Source: Clostridia bacterium (GTDB taxonomy: Bacteria > Bacillota > Clostridia > Oscillospirales > Acutalibacteraceae). From it: a stretch of DNA of 62,395 nucleotides. Location of the stretch: positions 1-62,395 of the forward strand of contig JAGBXM010000060.1 in assembly GCA_017629275.1 (NCBI GenBank), in the 5' to 3' direction. This document shows positions 33,530-44,132 of the stretch, one piece after another. Both the position numbers and the translations under genes were made by a program. Within the stretch, counting starts at the first letter, position 1; the number at the start of each line of letters is the position of its first letter. The notes under the pieces are model-generated. The model had not been told where the DNA came from, searched no databases, and saw only the letters and a program-made list of their open reading frames with translations.

Positions 33530-36136
33530 ATGGCTGAACTGTCGCCTATGATGCGCCAGTATCTTGAAATAAAAGAGAATAACAAAGACTGCCTTCTGTT
33601 TTTCAGAGTGGGTGACTTTTACGAGTTGTTCTTTGAGGATGCCGTTACCGCTTCGCGTGAACTTGAGATCGTTCTGACCGGTAAGGAATGCGGTCTCGAG
33701 GAAAGGGCGCCGATGTGCGGCGTGCCTTATCACAGTTGTGAAGGCTATATCGCAAGGCTTATCGAAAAGGGCTACCGTGTTGCTATTTGTGAGCAGACCG
33801 AGGACCCCCAGACGGCTAAAGGTCTCGTCCGCCGTGATATTGTCCGAGTGGTCACTCCCGGTACCGTTTTAGAGGACAGTATGCTCGACGAGTCGCGCAA
33901 TAACTATCTTGCGGCGTTGACCTTTAAGGGTAAGGACTTCGGACTTTGCTTTGTTGACGCTTCGACGGGTGCGGTCAGCGTTACCGAAATTACGGGTACC
34001 GATGCTTCGCAACGTGTTATCGGCGAACTGGGAAGATTTAATCCCAAAGAGCTTATTACCGTAAAGGAGATAGTCGATAAAAAAGAGATCGCAAGGTTTT
34101 TGCAGGACCGTCTTATGTGTTGCGTTACCATGATCGACCCCGAGCGGTTTGATGAGGGTATTGCTGAGGCGGCGGTGCTTCGCCACTTCAATATAAAGTC
34201 GGTTGCTGAAAAAGGTTTGACACAGGGCAGCTTGTCACTGTCGGCTTTGGGTGCTTCGCTCGACTATCTCGAAAAAACACAGATGAGCGGTATGGAACGT
34301 ATTTCCGAGGTCAACGTTTATGCCGATAATCAGTATATGCGCGTTGACGTTACCGCAATGCGAAATCTCGAGCTTTGCGAGACCATGCGCAACAAGGAAA
34401 AACGAGGTTCGCTTTTGTGGGTGCTTGATAAAACCAAAACGGCGATGGGTAAGCGACTTATCAGAAAGTGGATAACCCAACCGCTTATGGACCGAATGGC
34501 ACTTGAAACACGTTATAACGGTGTTGACGAGCTGGTCGGTAATACCGTTACGTCGGGTGAGATAAGAGAACTTCTGTCCGACGTTCACGATATTGAACGG
34601 CTTATGACCCGTATCGTTTACGGTACGGCGGGCGGCAGGGAATTGAGATCTCTTTGCTTTACGATGGCAAAGCTTCCTGCTATAAAAATGCTTTTGTCGG
34701 GTTGCCGTTCAAGAATTCTGACGGGTGCCAACGAGGATATCGACCTGTTGGAGGACTTGTGCCAACTTATCGACAAGGCCATTGTCGACGAGCCACCGTT
34801 CTCGGTACGTGAGGGCGGTATCATCCGCGAGGGCTACAATTCGGAGGTCGATCTTTTAAGAAGTGACCTTACGGGCGGTAAGGAGATTATTTCCAATATT
34901 GAAGCCGCCGAACGCGAAAGGACGGGTATTAAGACCCTTAAGGTTCGCTATAACAAGGTTTTCGGTTATTATATCGAGGTTACCAATTCCTTTAAGGATA
35001 TGGTGCCCGACCACTACATAAGAAAACAGACGCTTACCAACTGTGAGCGATTTATTACCGATGAGCTTAAAAATATCGAGGCCCGTGTGCTGGGCGCCAG
35101 AGAACACGGCGCACAGCTCGAGTATCAGATTTTTGACGGCATCCGCCGTCAGGTTGCCGATGCTCTGCCGAGGGTTCAAAAGACGGCCGATGCTTTGGCG
35201 CTTGTTGACGTTATCGCCTCGTTTGCCGAGGTTGCGGTACGAAACAATTACTGCCGTCCGACCCTGAATTCAACGGGTGCTTTGAACATTGTCAACGGAC
35301 GTCATCCCGTTGTTGAACTTTTGAGCTCGACGCCGTTTGTCCCCAATGATACGGTGCTTGATAACGGCGCCAACCGTTGCGCTATTATCACGGGTCCCAA
35401 TATGGCAGGTAAATCGACCTATATGCGTCAGGTCGCCATTATTGTGCTTATGGCACAGATCGGTGCTTTTGTCCCCGCACTATCGGCCGAGATTCCCATT
35501 ACCGATGCCATTTTTACACGTGTCGGTGCATCGGACGATCTGGCTTCGGGTCAGTCGACCTTTATGGTCGAAATGAGCGAGGTCGCACATATTCTTAAAA
35601 ATGCCACCTCGAAAAGTATTTTGATACTTGATGAGATCGGCCGCGGAACCTCGACCTACGACGGTATGTCGATTGCCCGTGCGGTTTTAGAGTTTGTGTG
35701 CGATAAAAAACGCATCGGCGCCAAGACCTTGTTCGCAACTCATTACCACGAGTTGACCGCTTTGGAGGATCAGCTTGACGGTGTCAAGAATTACAACATT
35801 GCCGTTAAAAAACGCGGTGACGATATAACCTTCTTAAGACGTATCGTCCGCGGCGGTGCCGACGACAGTTACGGTGTCGAGGTTGCCAAGCTTTCGGGCA
35901 TTCCCAATGCCGTTATCGAACGCGCCAAAGAGGTTCTTAAAGGACTTGAGTCGGAGGGCGGAGCGGCTCCGTTGAAGGTAACGGGTGATGAGGCCGATAT
36001 GCAGATAACCTTCGAGCTTCACGGCGCCAAGCAGTTGCTTGAAGAACTAAGGCTTCTGGACGTTAATACCTTAACACCCATTGAGTGTATGACCGCGCTT
36101 AACGGCTTTGTTCAAAAAGCGCGTGAGATAAAGTAA
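33530..36136 (+). CDS. mutS: DNA mismatch repair protein MutS
   Basis: 868 aa: N-terminal SPMMRQYLEIKE..LLFFRVGDFYELF and Walker A GPNMAGKST. Confidence 0.97.
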   Translation: MAELSPMMRQYLEIKENNKDCLLFFRVGDFYELFFEDAVTASRELEIVLTGKECGLEERAPMCGVPYHSCEGYIARLIEKGYRVAICEQTEDPQTAKGLVRRDIVRVVTPGTVLEDSMLDESRNNYLAALTFKGKDFGLCFVDASTGAVSVTEITGTDASQRVIGELGRFNPKELITVKEIVDKKEIARFLQDRLMCCVTMIDPERFDEGIAEAAVLRHFNIKSVAEKGLTQGSLSLSALGASLDYLEKTQMSGMERISEVNVYADNQYMRVDVTAMRNLELCETMRNKEKRGSLLWVLDKTKTAMGKRLIRKWITQPLMDRMALETRYNGVDELVGNTVTSGEIRELLSDVHDIERLMTRIVYGTAGGRELRSLCFTMAKLPAIKMLLSGCRSRILTGANEDIDLLEDLCQLIDKAIVDEPPFSVREGGIIREGYNSEVDLLRSDLTGGKEIISNIEAAERERTGIKTLKVRYNKVFGYYIEVTNSFKDMVPDHYIRKQTLTNCERFITDELKNIEARVLGAREHGAQLEYQIFDGIRRQVADALPRVQKTADALALVDVIASFAEVAVRNNYCRPTLNSTGALNIVNGRHPVVELLSSTPFVPNDTVLDNGANRCAIITGPNMAGKSTYMRQVAIIVLMAQIGAFVPALSAEIPITDAIFTRVGASDDLASGQSTFMVEMSEVAHILKNATSKSILILDEIGRGTSTYDGMSIARAVLEFVCDKKRIGAKTLFATHYHELTALEDQLDGVKNYNIAVKKRGDDITFLRRIVRGGADDSYGVEVAKLSGIPNAVIERAKEVLKGLESEGGAAPLKVTGDEADMQITFELHGAKQLLEELRLLDVNTLTPIECMTALNGFVQKAREIK

Positions 36137-36157
36137 TTTTGAAAGGATCATAAAACT

Positions 36158-36679
36158 ATGACCATAAGTTCAAGATACAAAATTATAGGAAAACGTAAGC
36201 ACGCTATTCTTGACCTGCCTTACGAGGAGGTTCTGGATACCTTTGAGGAGGCTCTTTGCGACCCTGATAACAGTAAGCTGACGGGCAGTGTAAACCGCGA
36301 TACGGGTGTTTTCAAGATCGAATACCGTGTTGTTGAGGGCAAGAACGAGGTCTATGAAAACTACTGTATGTTGGTTGAACTCAGTGAGACCGAGGACGGC
36401 GGCACCAAAATTGAATACGCGCTTGTTTTCGACCGCCTTATCAGTCTTTACACCAACTTTTTGTCGCTCGTATGCTTTATTGTGCCACTGGTTGCATCGC
36501 TTCTCGTATACTTCAAATTTGAGCTGAGAAGCCCCGTGCATCTTGCACTTTACATACCGCTTTTGCTCATTTCATCGTTTGGTATATTCTCACTTTTCGG
36601 CTACCGTGAGCACAAGGAAAACGTAAAGCCGATGGTAAAGATATTCGAGAAAATGTTGGTCGCTTTGTTCGACGAATAA
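36158..36679 (+). CDS. Hypothetical protein with two C-terminal TM helices, between mutS and mutL
   Basis: 173-aa ORF with RBS GAAAGGA. Soluble N-terminal half, then FLSLVCFIVPLVASLLVYF and LALYIPLLLISSFGIFSLFG. I recognise no family. Confidence 0.55.
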   Translation: MTISSRYKIIGKRKHAILDLPYEEVLDTFEEALCDPDNSKLTGSVNRDTGVFKIEYRVVEGKNEVYENYCMLVELSETEDGGTKIEYALVFDRLISLYTNFLSLVCFIVPLVASLLVYFKFELRSPVHLALYIPLLLISSFGIFSLFGYREHKENVKPMVKIFEKMLVALFDE

Positions 36680-36713
36680 TTCGTTTTAAAAATTTGGAAG
36701 GGAGGTCGCCGTA

Positions 36714-38735
36714 ATGCCGGTTATTAACGTTTTACCCAAGCAGGTTGCCGAGCTTATTGCCGCAGGTGAGGTCGTTGAACGTCCGTCCTCGGTCATAAAG
36801 GAACTTGTTGAAAACTCAATAGACGCAGGCTCGACTCTTATAACGGTCGAGATCAAAAACGGCGGCGTTACCTTTATGCGCGTGACCGACAACGGCTGCG
36901 GTATCGCCCGTGAGGACGTTACCACCGCCTTCAAACGCCACGCAACAAGCAAGGTCAGCACCGAGGCCGACCTTGACAGTATCGCAACTTTAGGCTTCCG
37001 CGGTGAGGCTTTGGCGGCCATTTCATCGGTTTCGAGAATCGATATGCTGACCAAAACCAAAGACAGTGAGATAGGTACTGCCTATTCTTCCGAAGGCTCG
37101 TTTGAGGTCACCGTTAATGATGCAGGTTGTCCCGACGGCACCACCGTTATCGTACGTGACCTGTTCTTCAACACCCCTGCGAGAATGAAGTTTTTGAAAA
37201 AGGACGTTGCCGAGGGAAATTCGGTTGCGGCAATACTTGATCACGTGGCATTGTCGCATCCTGAAATTTCGTTCCGTTTTATCCGCGACGGCAAGCAGGT
37301 GTTCACCACTTCCGGTGACGGCAAACTGATGTCGGCTATTTATGCGGTGTGTGGACGTGAATTTGCAGGAAGTCTTATTCCCGTTGAGGGAGAATTGGGA
37401 GGTATTAAGGTTTGGGGTTACACCTGCAAGCCGACTGCCTGCCGTCCCAAAAAGAATGCTCAGTTTGTGTTTTTGAACGGCCGTTACGTCCGTTCGGGCA
37501 CGGTTGCCGCGGCTTTGGATGCCGCATATAAAAATATGGCTATGGTGGGTCGGTATCCTGCCGCTGTTTTGCACCTGACGGTGCCTTACGGTGCGGTCGA
37601 TATCAACGTTCATCCTGCCAAGACAGAGGTTCGTTTTTCGGATGAACGTCGCATTTTTGACTGCGTGATGTTCAGTATCAAAAACGCTTTGGCCAAGGGT
37701 GACGAGCACCCCGAAATGAAGTTGAATAAATCGGCGGCACCTACGAGAATGACGGTTGAAGAATACCGTCAGACGGTGTTGCCCACGATAGAAAAGAAAA
37801 AGTCCGACCCGATCGCCACCTATACCAAAATGGTTTCGGCGGCCGAAAAGCAGATGAACCGCCCGACTTCGTTCGGTTCAAGTGCGATGAAATCGGGTTA
37901 TACCTCCAATATTTCCAATGCCGACACTTTTACGGTAAAAACGGTCAGTGAGCCTCAAAAAGAAGAATTGACAGAGGATAAGCCGTTAAACGGCGAGCAA
38001 GTTCAGACGGCTTCTACCGTCTCAATTATGGACGCTATTGAGGATAATTTTTCAGAACCCGTGAAAGCGACCGAACCTGAAGTGAAAAATGCAGAGGTTG
38101 CCGTAAACGAGGTTAATGAGGAGAAGGTTGAGGCTGTTGAGGTTCATAAAACAGAGGAAACAGACCTTGAACCTGCGGTTGAATACATCGGCGAAGCCTT
38201 CTCGACCTACGTTATAGTCCAAAAGGGCGAAACGCTTTATCTTATTGATAAACACGCGGCTCACGAACGCATCATTTTCAATCGCCTGAAGTCTGAGCAG
38301 GAAGCAACACCTCAGTTGTTACTTGCACCGCAACAGATCGTTTTACGCAAAGACGAGTATGCACTTATTACCGACAATGCCGAGCTGCTTTTGAAGGCAG
38401 GGTTTGAAATCGAGGATTACGGCGACAGCACAGTGCTTGTGCGCGCCATCCCGTCGGTCTTGTCGGGTGAAAATATTGAGTCGCTGGTAACCGAAATCGC
38501 GGCAAGTCTTGCCGAAAAGAATACCGTTCAAATCGAGCGGCTTGAAAGAATATTTGAGACGGTTGCCTGTCGCTCGGCGGTTAAAGCAGGTAATCTTTCT
38601 TCGGCTAAGGAACTCAAAGTTTTGGCCGAAACGGTACTGTCGTCCAAGGATATTATGTACTGTCCGCACGGCCGTCCCGTCGCTATTGAACTTAAGAAAA
38701 GGGAGATCGAAAAGCAGTTTGGCAGAATACAGTAA
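36714..38735 (+). CDS. mutL: DNA mismatch repair protein MutL (endonuclease type)
   Basis: GHKL N-terminus (VVERPSSVIKELVENSIDAG). The C-terminal domain carries DKHAAHERIIF, the DQHA(x)2E(x)4E endonuclease motif class. Confidence 0.95.
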   Translation: MPVINVLPKQVAELIAAGEVVERPSSVIKELVENSIDAGSTLITVEIKNGGVTFMRVTDNGCGIAREDVTTAFKRHATSKVSTEADLDSIATLGFRGEALAAISSVSRIDMLTKTKDSEIGTAYSSEGSFEVTVNDAGCPDGTTVIVRDLFFNTPARMKFLKKDVAEGNSVAAILDHVALSHPEISFRFIRDGKQVFTTSGDGKLMSAIYAVCGREFAGSLIPVEGELGGIKVWGYTCKPTACRPKKNAQFVFLNGRYVRSGTVAAALDAAYKNMAMVGRYPAAVLHLTVPYGAVDINVHPAKTEVRFSDERRIFDCVMFSIKNALAKGDEHPEMKLNKSAAPTRMTVEEYRQTVLPTIEKKKSDPIATYTKMVSAAEKQMNRPTSFGSSAMKSGYTSNISNADTFTVKTVSEPQKEELTEDKPLNGEQVQTASTVSIMDAIEDNFSEPVKATEPEVKNAEVAVNEVNEEKVEAVEVHKTEETDLEPAVEYIGEAFSTYVIVQKGETLYLIDKHAAHERIIFNRLKSEQEATPQLLLAPQQIVLRKDEYALITDNAELLLKAGFEIEDYGDSTVLVRAIPSVLSGENIESLVTEIAASLAEKNTVQIERLERIFETVACRSAVKAGNLSSAKELKVLAETVLSSKDIMYCPHGRPVAIELKKREIEKQFGRIQ

Positions 38736-39651
38736 GAAACCCAAGGTTATTGCCGTAGTCGGCCCGACCGCGTCGGGTAAGACCTCGCTCGGGGTATACC
38801 TTGCAAAACGCTTTAACGGTGAGGTCGTTTCGTGCGATTCGATGCAGGTTTATAATAATATGCCCATCGCATCGGCCGCCCCGACTAAGGAAGAGACCCA
38901 AAGCGTACCGCATCATCTTGTCGGGTTTTGTGACCCGTCGGCAAACTTTTCGGTGGCAAAGTACGTTGAACTTGCCCAACTTGAGATAGATGATATTTTG
39001 TCGCGGGGCAAGTTGCCGATTCTGGTCGGCGGCACGGGGCTTTATATTGATTCACTGCTGTCGGGTACAAGGTTTTCAGAGGAAGACAGTTCAGAGATCC
39101 GACAAAAATTAGAGCAGGAAGCTGAGCAGATAGGATATCAGGCAATGCTCGAAAAATTGCGTGAAATAGACCCCGAAACGGCGGCGAAATACCACCCGAA
39201 CGATCGCAAACGCATCATACGTGCGCTTGAAATATTTGAACTGCACGGCAAGACCAAAACCGAGATGGACAAAGAATCCAGGCTTTCGGGTGGCCTCTAT
39301 GACGTTTTGTGGATAGGTATTACTTATAAAAATCGTGAATTGTTATACGACCGAATCAACCGTCGCGTTGACATTATGCTTGAAAACGGTGTGTTGAATG
39401 AGGCGAGAACGGCTTTTTTGAACAGTCGCGGAATCACCTCGGTCCAGGCCATCGGGCACAAAGAGTTTTTCCCGTTCTTCGAGGGCAGGGTATCACTCGA
39501 AGAAGCGGTTGAATCATTGAAAATGGAGACCCGCCGTTATGCCAAACGGCAGTTGACGTGGTTTCGCAGAAACAAAAACATTCATTGGATATATGCCGAT
39601 GAAACGCCCAACGTCGGTGAAATTGCCGAAAGTATTATAAAAGAAAACTAA
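38719..39651 (+). CDS. miaA: tRNA dimethylallyltransferase
   Basis: P-loop VVGPTASGKTSLG. The track ORF begins at 38509 inside mutL. The most plausible start is TTG 38719, which overlaps the mutL end by 17 nt. The start is uncertain. Confidence 0.85.
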   Translation: MAEYSKKPKVIAVVGPTASGKTSLGVYLAKRFNGEVVSCDSMQVYNNMPIASAAPTKEETQSVPHHLVGFCDPSANFSVAKYVELAQLEIDDILSRGKLPILVGGTGLYIDSLLSGTRFSEEDSSEIRQKLEQEAEQIGYQAMLEKLREIDPETAAKYHPNDRKRIIRALEIFELHGKTKTEMDKESRLSGGLYDVLWIGITYKNRELLYDRINRRVDIMLENGVLNEARTAFLNSRGITSVQAIGHKEFFPFFEGRVSLEEAVESLKMETRRYAKRQLTWFRRNKNIHWIYADETPNVGEIAESIIKEN

Positions 39652-39679
39652 AATTTTGAGAGAAAAGGAGTGACCGATC

Positions 39680-40906
39680 GTGGAAAAAGAAAACAAGCCG
39701 TTACGCTTTTTGAAGTGGGTAGGTTTATTCTTTGTGGTGCTTGTCATTATTGCACAGATCTATACAGGTCTTGTTGATCCGTTGACCACCGATACGGTCT
39801 ACCCTTATGAATCGTATATTGGTTATGATGCAACGGGTCTTGTTGTCCGTAATGAAACGGTCATTCAAGGCGAGGCGACGGGTGTTCTGAGCTATGACGT
39901 CAGCGACGGCGGACGTGTATCAAAAGGCGGTTCGATAGCTACGGTCTATCCGTCAAATGTCGATGCCGACAACCGCATCCGTGTTGCCGAGCTTGATAAA
40001 CGTATTGCGACCTTAGAGAAAATTCAGGAATACAATGATCTTAACGCCACCGATCTTTCTGCGGTAAACAACAATATACGTGAGTCCATATACCAGATTG
40101 TTGACAGCACTCAAAACGGCAGAGTCAGTACGACCGAGTATTATGACATACTGCTTGAAAGTATGGCTCGAAAACAGATAATTACCGGTCAGGCGAGTAA
40201 TTTTAACGCTTTGATTACTTCTTTGAAGGCCGAGCGCGACCAGCTTAAGGCTTCGATGCAACAAACGGGTCGTCAGATAATTTCACCGCAATCGGGTTAC
40301 GTTATCTATTCGGTTGACGGTTTTGAAAGCTCGGTTAAGGTCGATGAGCTTGAAAAGCTTACTGCGGCTCAGTTCAAAGCAATCAAGCAGTCGGAAATTC
40401 CGAGCAATTCGGTATGCAAAATAGTCAGTGACTATGAGTGGTATATCGTGACAACGGTGCCGTTTGACGAATCGTTGAAGCTTAAAACAGGCAATAAGGT
40501 CACGTTGAAAACCACTTTGCAGTCGACTCCGGAACTTTCGGCCACCGTTAAGTTTATTAACAAGCAGTCGGTTGGTGACGAAACGGTCGTGGTGTTCACC
40601 TGCAACAATATGAACAATGAACTTGCACAGATAAGAAGCGTTGACTTCACCGTCGTGTATGAAGAATATAAAGGCTTGAAGGTCGATAACCGCGCCATTC
40701 GTTTCCGCGATGGCAAACGCGGAGTCTACGTGCTTACGGCATCACAGGTCAAGTTTGTGCAGATCGACGTACTCTGGTCGGGCGAAAACTATTCTATTAT
40801 TAACACCGAACTGCCCGAAGGCGAAGAGAAGCGCACACAGTTGCGTATCTATGATGAGATAATCGTTAAAGGAAAGAATTTGTATGATGGAAAAATTGTC
40901 AAGTGA
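39680..40906 (+). CDS. HlyD-family-like membrane-fusion/barrel-sandwich protein (single N-terminal TM helix)
   Basis: GTG start follows RBS AAAGGAG. TM helix VGLFFVVLVIIAQIY, then a beta-rich / coiled-coil (RIATLEKIQEYNDL...LKAERDQLKAS) / beta-rich layout typical of HlyD-like adaptors. The call is tentative. Confidence 0.45.
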   Translation: MEKENKPLRFLKWVGLFFVVLVIIAQIYTGLVDPLTTDTVYPYESYIGYDATGLVVRNETVIQGEATGVLSYDVSDGGRVSKGGSIATVYPSNVDADNRIRVAELDKRIATLEKIQEYNDLNATDLSAVNNNIRESIYQIVDSTQNGRVSTTEYYDILLESMARKQIITGQASNFNALITSLKAERDQLKASMQQTGRQIISPQSGYVIYSVDGFESSVKVDELEKLTAAQFKAIKQSEIPSNSVCKIVSDYEWYIVTTVPFDESLKLKTGNKVTLKTTLQSTPELSATVKFINKQSVGDETVVVFTCNNMNNELAQIRSVDFTVVYEEYKGLKVDNRAIRFRDGKRGVYVLTASQVKFVQIDVLWSGENYSIINTELPEGEEKRTQLRIYDEIIVKGKNLYDGKIVK

Positions 40907-41621
40907 TATTGTCACGCGGTGCGAATGGTTTGACCGAAACTATTCCGACATCAAAGAAAGAATTGCTGTTGCCGCCGAAAAAAGCGGACGAAAGGCCGAT
41001 GATATAATATTGCTTGCCGCGACCAAAACGGTGCCCGCAGAGGTCATAAATCACGCCATTGAAAGCGGAATAAACTACATCGGTGAAAACCGAGTGCAGG
41101 AGTTTTTGGCCAAAAAGGACGATTTGAGCCGTGCGGCTCACCGACATTTTATCGGTCATCTTCAGACCAATAAGGTCAAGGATATAGTCGACGAGGTCGA
41201 AATGATACAGTCGGTACATTCGTTAAAGCTTGCCAAGGAGATCAACCGACTCGCAGAAAAGCGAAACAAAGTGATGGATATTCTGTGTGAGGTCAACATC
41301 GGAAACGAGGAAAGTAAGTCGGGATTTTCGAACGACGAAATACTCGAAAGAATCGAAGAAATTTCAAAATTACCGTTTGTCAGGGTCAAAGGCTTGATGA
41401 CTATTCCGCCGATTTCGGAAAATAGTGACGAAAGTGCCCGATATTTTGCTAAAATGCAAAAACTGTTTATTGACATTAAGGGTAAAAAAGTGGATAATGT
41501 AGATATGGTATATTTATCTATGGGAATGTCGGACGACTACGAGCAGGCGATAGGTTATGGTGCCAATATAGTCCGTATCGGAACGTCGTTGTTCGGCCGC
41601 CGTGATTATGGTAATAAATAA
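40884..41621 (+). CDS. yggS: YggS/YlmE-family pyridoxal-phosphate homeostasis protein
   Basis: PLP-lysine context ILLAATKTV and a conserved GHLQTNKV motif; 245 aa. Confidence 0.9.
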   Translation: MMEKLSSDIVTRCEWFDRNYSDIKERIAVAAEKSGRKADDIILLAATKTVPAEVINHAIESGINYIGENRVQEFLAKKDDLSRAAHRHFIGHLQTNKVKDIVDEVEMIQSVHSLKLAKEINRLAEKRNKVMDILCEVNIGNEESKSGFSNDEILERIEEISKLPFVRVKGLMTIPPISENSDESARYFAKMQKLFIDIKGKKVDNVDMVYLSMGMSDDYEQAIGYGANIVRIGTSLFGRRDYGNK

Positions 41622-41665
41622 CTTTATTAAAAACAACATTAACATAAAACAAAGGAGAAAATAAA

Positions 41666-42154
41666 ATGAGCTTTTTTGACAAAATTAAGGATCTTGTAAG
41701 CGCCGCCGATGATGAGGGTTATGATGAGGAAGTAAAGTCTGAAGCACCTGCAAAAGAGGTGCCGCAGGGCAATGATTATTTCTCTTCGTCGACCACCGGC
41801 AGAACCTATGAAAGAGAAAAGACCACCCAGTTCCCGAGCGACAGAAAGTCGAAGGGTTCTTCGCAGAATGTGAGAATCGACAGTCAGTTGCAGGTCGCAT
41901 TGGTAAAGCCCGAAAGATTTGAGGACGTTCCCCAAATCGCCGACCATCTTGCAGACGGCAGAACCGTTGTTCTTAATCTCGAGGCCGCCAACCGTGACAC
42001 TCAGCGCAGACTTCTCGACTTCTTGAGCGGTGCCGCTTATGCTCACGGCGGAAGAATTAAGAAGGTTGCCAACAGCACCTTTATCATCACTCCCAAGAAC
42101 GTTGACGTTATGGGCGAACTGCTTATTGACGAACTTGAGGGCAGCGGCTTTTAA
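41666..42154 (+). CDS. sepF: Cell division protein SepF
   Basis: 162 aa with a conserved core (VALVKPERFEDVPQIADHLADGRTVVLNLE...DFLSGAAYAHGG) and its position after yggS. Confidence 0.9.
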   Translation: MSFFDKIKDLVSAADDEGYDEEVKSEAPAKEVPQGNDYFSSSTTGRTYEREKTTQFPSDRKSKGSSQNVRIDSQLQVALVKPERFEDVPQIADHLADGRTVVLNLEAANRDTQRRLLDFLSGAAYAHGGRIKKVANSTFIITPKNVDVMGELLIDELEGSGF

Positions 42155-42957
42155 TGATCGACCCTAAAGAACGGGCGATAATTGAGGCCAGAATACGCGA
42201 TGCCGTCAGTATTTGTCAGAATCGCAACATTCCGAAGTTCGTCGGATTCTTTGAAGGCTTTTATGACGAACGGGGACTTTTTGGCAACACTCTAAGCGGT
42301 TGTAAAACACTTATATTCGGTGGCACAAGCGGTGCAGAACGCGTCTTTTTCGGTGTGTTCCCCGATTGGTGTGAACCCGATGAAGATATGTTCCCGATAG
42401 TGAAGCTTAAAATACACAACAAGGCACTCAGGTCTAACTCAGAAGCGTCCGACCGCGTTTTGGGACGCGGCGGCTCTTCAAGACGGTTGGAGCACAGGGA
42501 TATTTTGGGCGCGCTTATGGGTACGGGAGTTGAGCGTGACTGCATCGGTGATATTATCGTCCGCGATAACGATTCGATAGTGTTTGTTACCGAATCGGTG
42601 GTACCGCACATTATAGCCAATGTGGATAAAATCGGTCCTTGCGGTGTCGAGATAACGGTTGACGATTCAAAAGATACCGAGTCTCATTCGGAATTTGAGG
42701 AATTAAGGGGTACCGTGGCTTCGTTGAGGCTTGACTGTGTTGTTGCTGAAATATCCAATTGCTCACGCAATAAAGCGGCTGAGCTTATCGAAAGCGGTCT
42801 TGTTTCGGTTAATTCCATTCAAAGCTTAAAGGTGACCGCAACGGTTAAAGGTGACGATGTTATCACCGTAAGGCGCGTGGGTAAATTTATTATTGACGGC
42901 GTCGGCCGTCAGACCAAAAAGGGCAGAACTGTCATAGAGTACAGAAAATATAATTAA
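42154..42957 (+). CDS. ylmH: YlmH-family RNA-binding (S4 domain) protein
   Basis: C-terminal S4-like domain (LRLDCVVAEISNCSRNKAAELIESGLVSVN) and its position between sepF and divIVA. Confidence 0.8.
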   Translation: MIDPKERAIIEARIRDAVSICQNRNIPKFVGFFEGFYDERGLFGNTLSGCKTLIFGGTSGAERVFFGVFPDWCEPDEDMFPIVKLKIHNKALRSNSEASDRVLGRGGSSRRLEHRDILGALMGTGVERDCIGDIIVRDNDSIVFVTESVVPHIIANVDKIGPCGVEITVDDSKDTESHSEFEELRGTVASLRLDCVVAEISNCSRNKAAELIESGLVSVNSIQSLKVTATVKGDDVITVRRVGKFIIDGVGRQTKKGRTVIEYRKYN

Positions 42958-42994
42958 TTTGCATTTTATCAAGTGTGAAATCGGAGGAAATATT

Positions 42995-44086
42995 ATGAAA
43001 ACACCTGATCAGATCCGTGATATGGAGTTTCAGAAGTCCACAATGGGCGGATACAAGCAGAGCGACGTTGAGTTGTTCCTTGAAGAGGTAGCTTCGCAGA
43101 TCGAGATTCTCTTGAAACAGAAGAACGACGCCGAACGCAAATTGCAGGAGGTCAGTAAAAATGCTCCCGAGGCTGCATTGTCGACCGCAAGTATTCAGAG
43201 CGTTCTGGTTAATGCACAGCGCGTTGCCGACCAGGTTACCGAGGATGCAAAGCAGACCGCAGAGGGTATTATTGCTGAGGCCAATCTTAAACTGACCGAG
43301 GCCGACGTCAAGGCGCGTGAGATCATTGCCGATGCAGAAAAAAGGGCAGTTATGTTGGGCGAGACTGCCGAAATAGAGGCCGCTAAGATCATTGCCGCCG
43401 CCGTTGCCGATGCCGAGAGAATCGTTGTCGAGGCTAAGGAAAGCGTTGAACTTGAACAGAAGCTTTACGACCGTTTGAAGATCGAGGTTTCCGATTTCAG
43501 AAAGAAGGCCGCCGCACAGTGCAGTGCGTTGGTTGAGCTTATCAATCAGTTGCCGGGTGAGATTCCGTTTAATATGGAGCGCTCCAAGACGGTCCTCGCC
43601 GTTGATTTCAGCAATCCCGAGCAGCTTTTGAAGGCCGCCGTTGACGAGCGCCTTAAAAAGGAGCAGGAGGCAGCCGCCGCTGCCGCCGCAGAAGAAGTCA
43701 AAGTCGAGGAACCCGAAGTTATTGCAGAACCTCAAGTTACTGAAGCAGAGGAAAAGGCAGAGGTTATTTCGGAGTTTGAAGCAGAGGAAGTAACCGAGGT
43801 CAAGGAGCCTGAAGTTGAGGAAAAGGCTGAAGAAACCGAGGACGATACTCAGTTGGCATTCGGCGCCGATACTACCGTAGAGGTTACCGCCGAAGACGAT
43901 ACAAAAGAGGTCGTCGAAGAAAAGGCTGATGAGGAAGAGGAGGAAGACATTCCTTTCGCAGTTTCCGCATCGAACGATGATCAGCCTCAAAAGCCTAAGG
44001 GCCACATCGGTTTTGCATTTGATGATGACGATGACGACGATGAGGACGATGAACCCAGACTCTTCTTCCGTCGTAAGAAAAAATAA
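42995..44086 (+). CDS. divIVA: DivIVA domain protein with a long acidic C-terminal tail
   Basis: N-terminal DivIVA motif (TPDQIRDMEFQKSTMGGYKQSDVELFLEEV), a coiled coil and a poly-E/D tail. ATG 42995 follows RBS GGAGG. Confidence 0.85.
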   Translation: MKTPDQIRDMEFQKSTMGGYKQSDVELFLEEVASQIEILLKQKNDAERKLQEVSKNAPEAALSTASIQSVLVNAQRVADQVTEDAKQTAEGIIAEANLKLTEADVKAREIIADAEKRAVMLGETAEIEAAKIIAAAVADAERIVVEAKESVELEQKLYDRLKIEVSDFRKKAAAQCSALVELINQLPGEIPFNMERSKTVLAVDFSNPEQLLKAAVDERLKKEQEAAAAAAAEEVKVEEPEVIAEPQVTEAEEKAEVISEFEAEEVTEVKEPEVEEKAEETEDDTQLAFGADTTVEVTAEDDTKEVVEEKADEEEEEDIPFAVSASNDDQPQKPKGHIGFAFDDDDDDDEDDEPRLFFRRKKK

Positions 44087-44102
44087 TTTAAAAAGTAAAA
44101 AG

Positions 44103-44132
44103 CTTCTCACGGTGCATTTTTGTGCCGTGAGA
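44103..44132 (+). terminator. Hairpin after divIVA (weak terminator candidate; no T-run on the + strand)
   Basis: TTCTCACGG(t)GCA-tttttg-TGCCGTGAGAA. Confidence 0.3.

Noticed and set aside
38509-38718. Long N-terminal extension of the miaA ORF overlapping mutL by 226 nt
   Set aside because: The extension has no MiaA homology (product MPKRIPFKSSGLKEYLRRLP...). The MiaA P-loop region begins right after the mutL stop. I chose TTG 38719, though the exact start remains uncertain.
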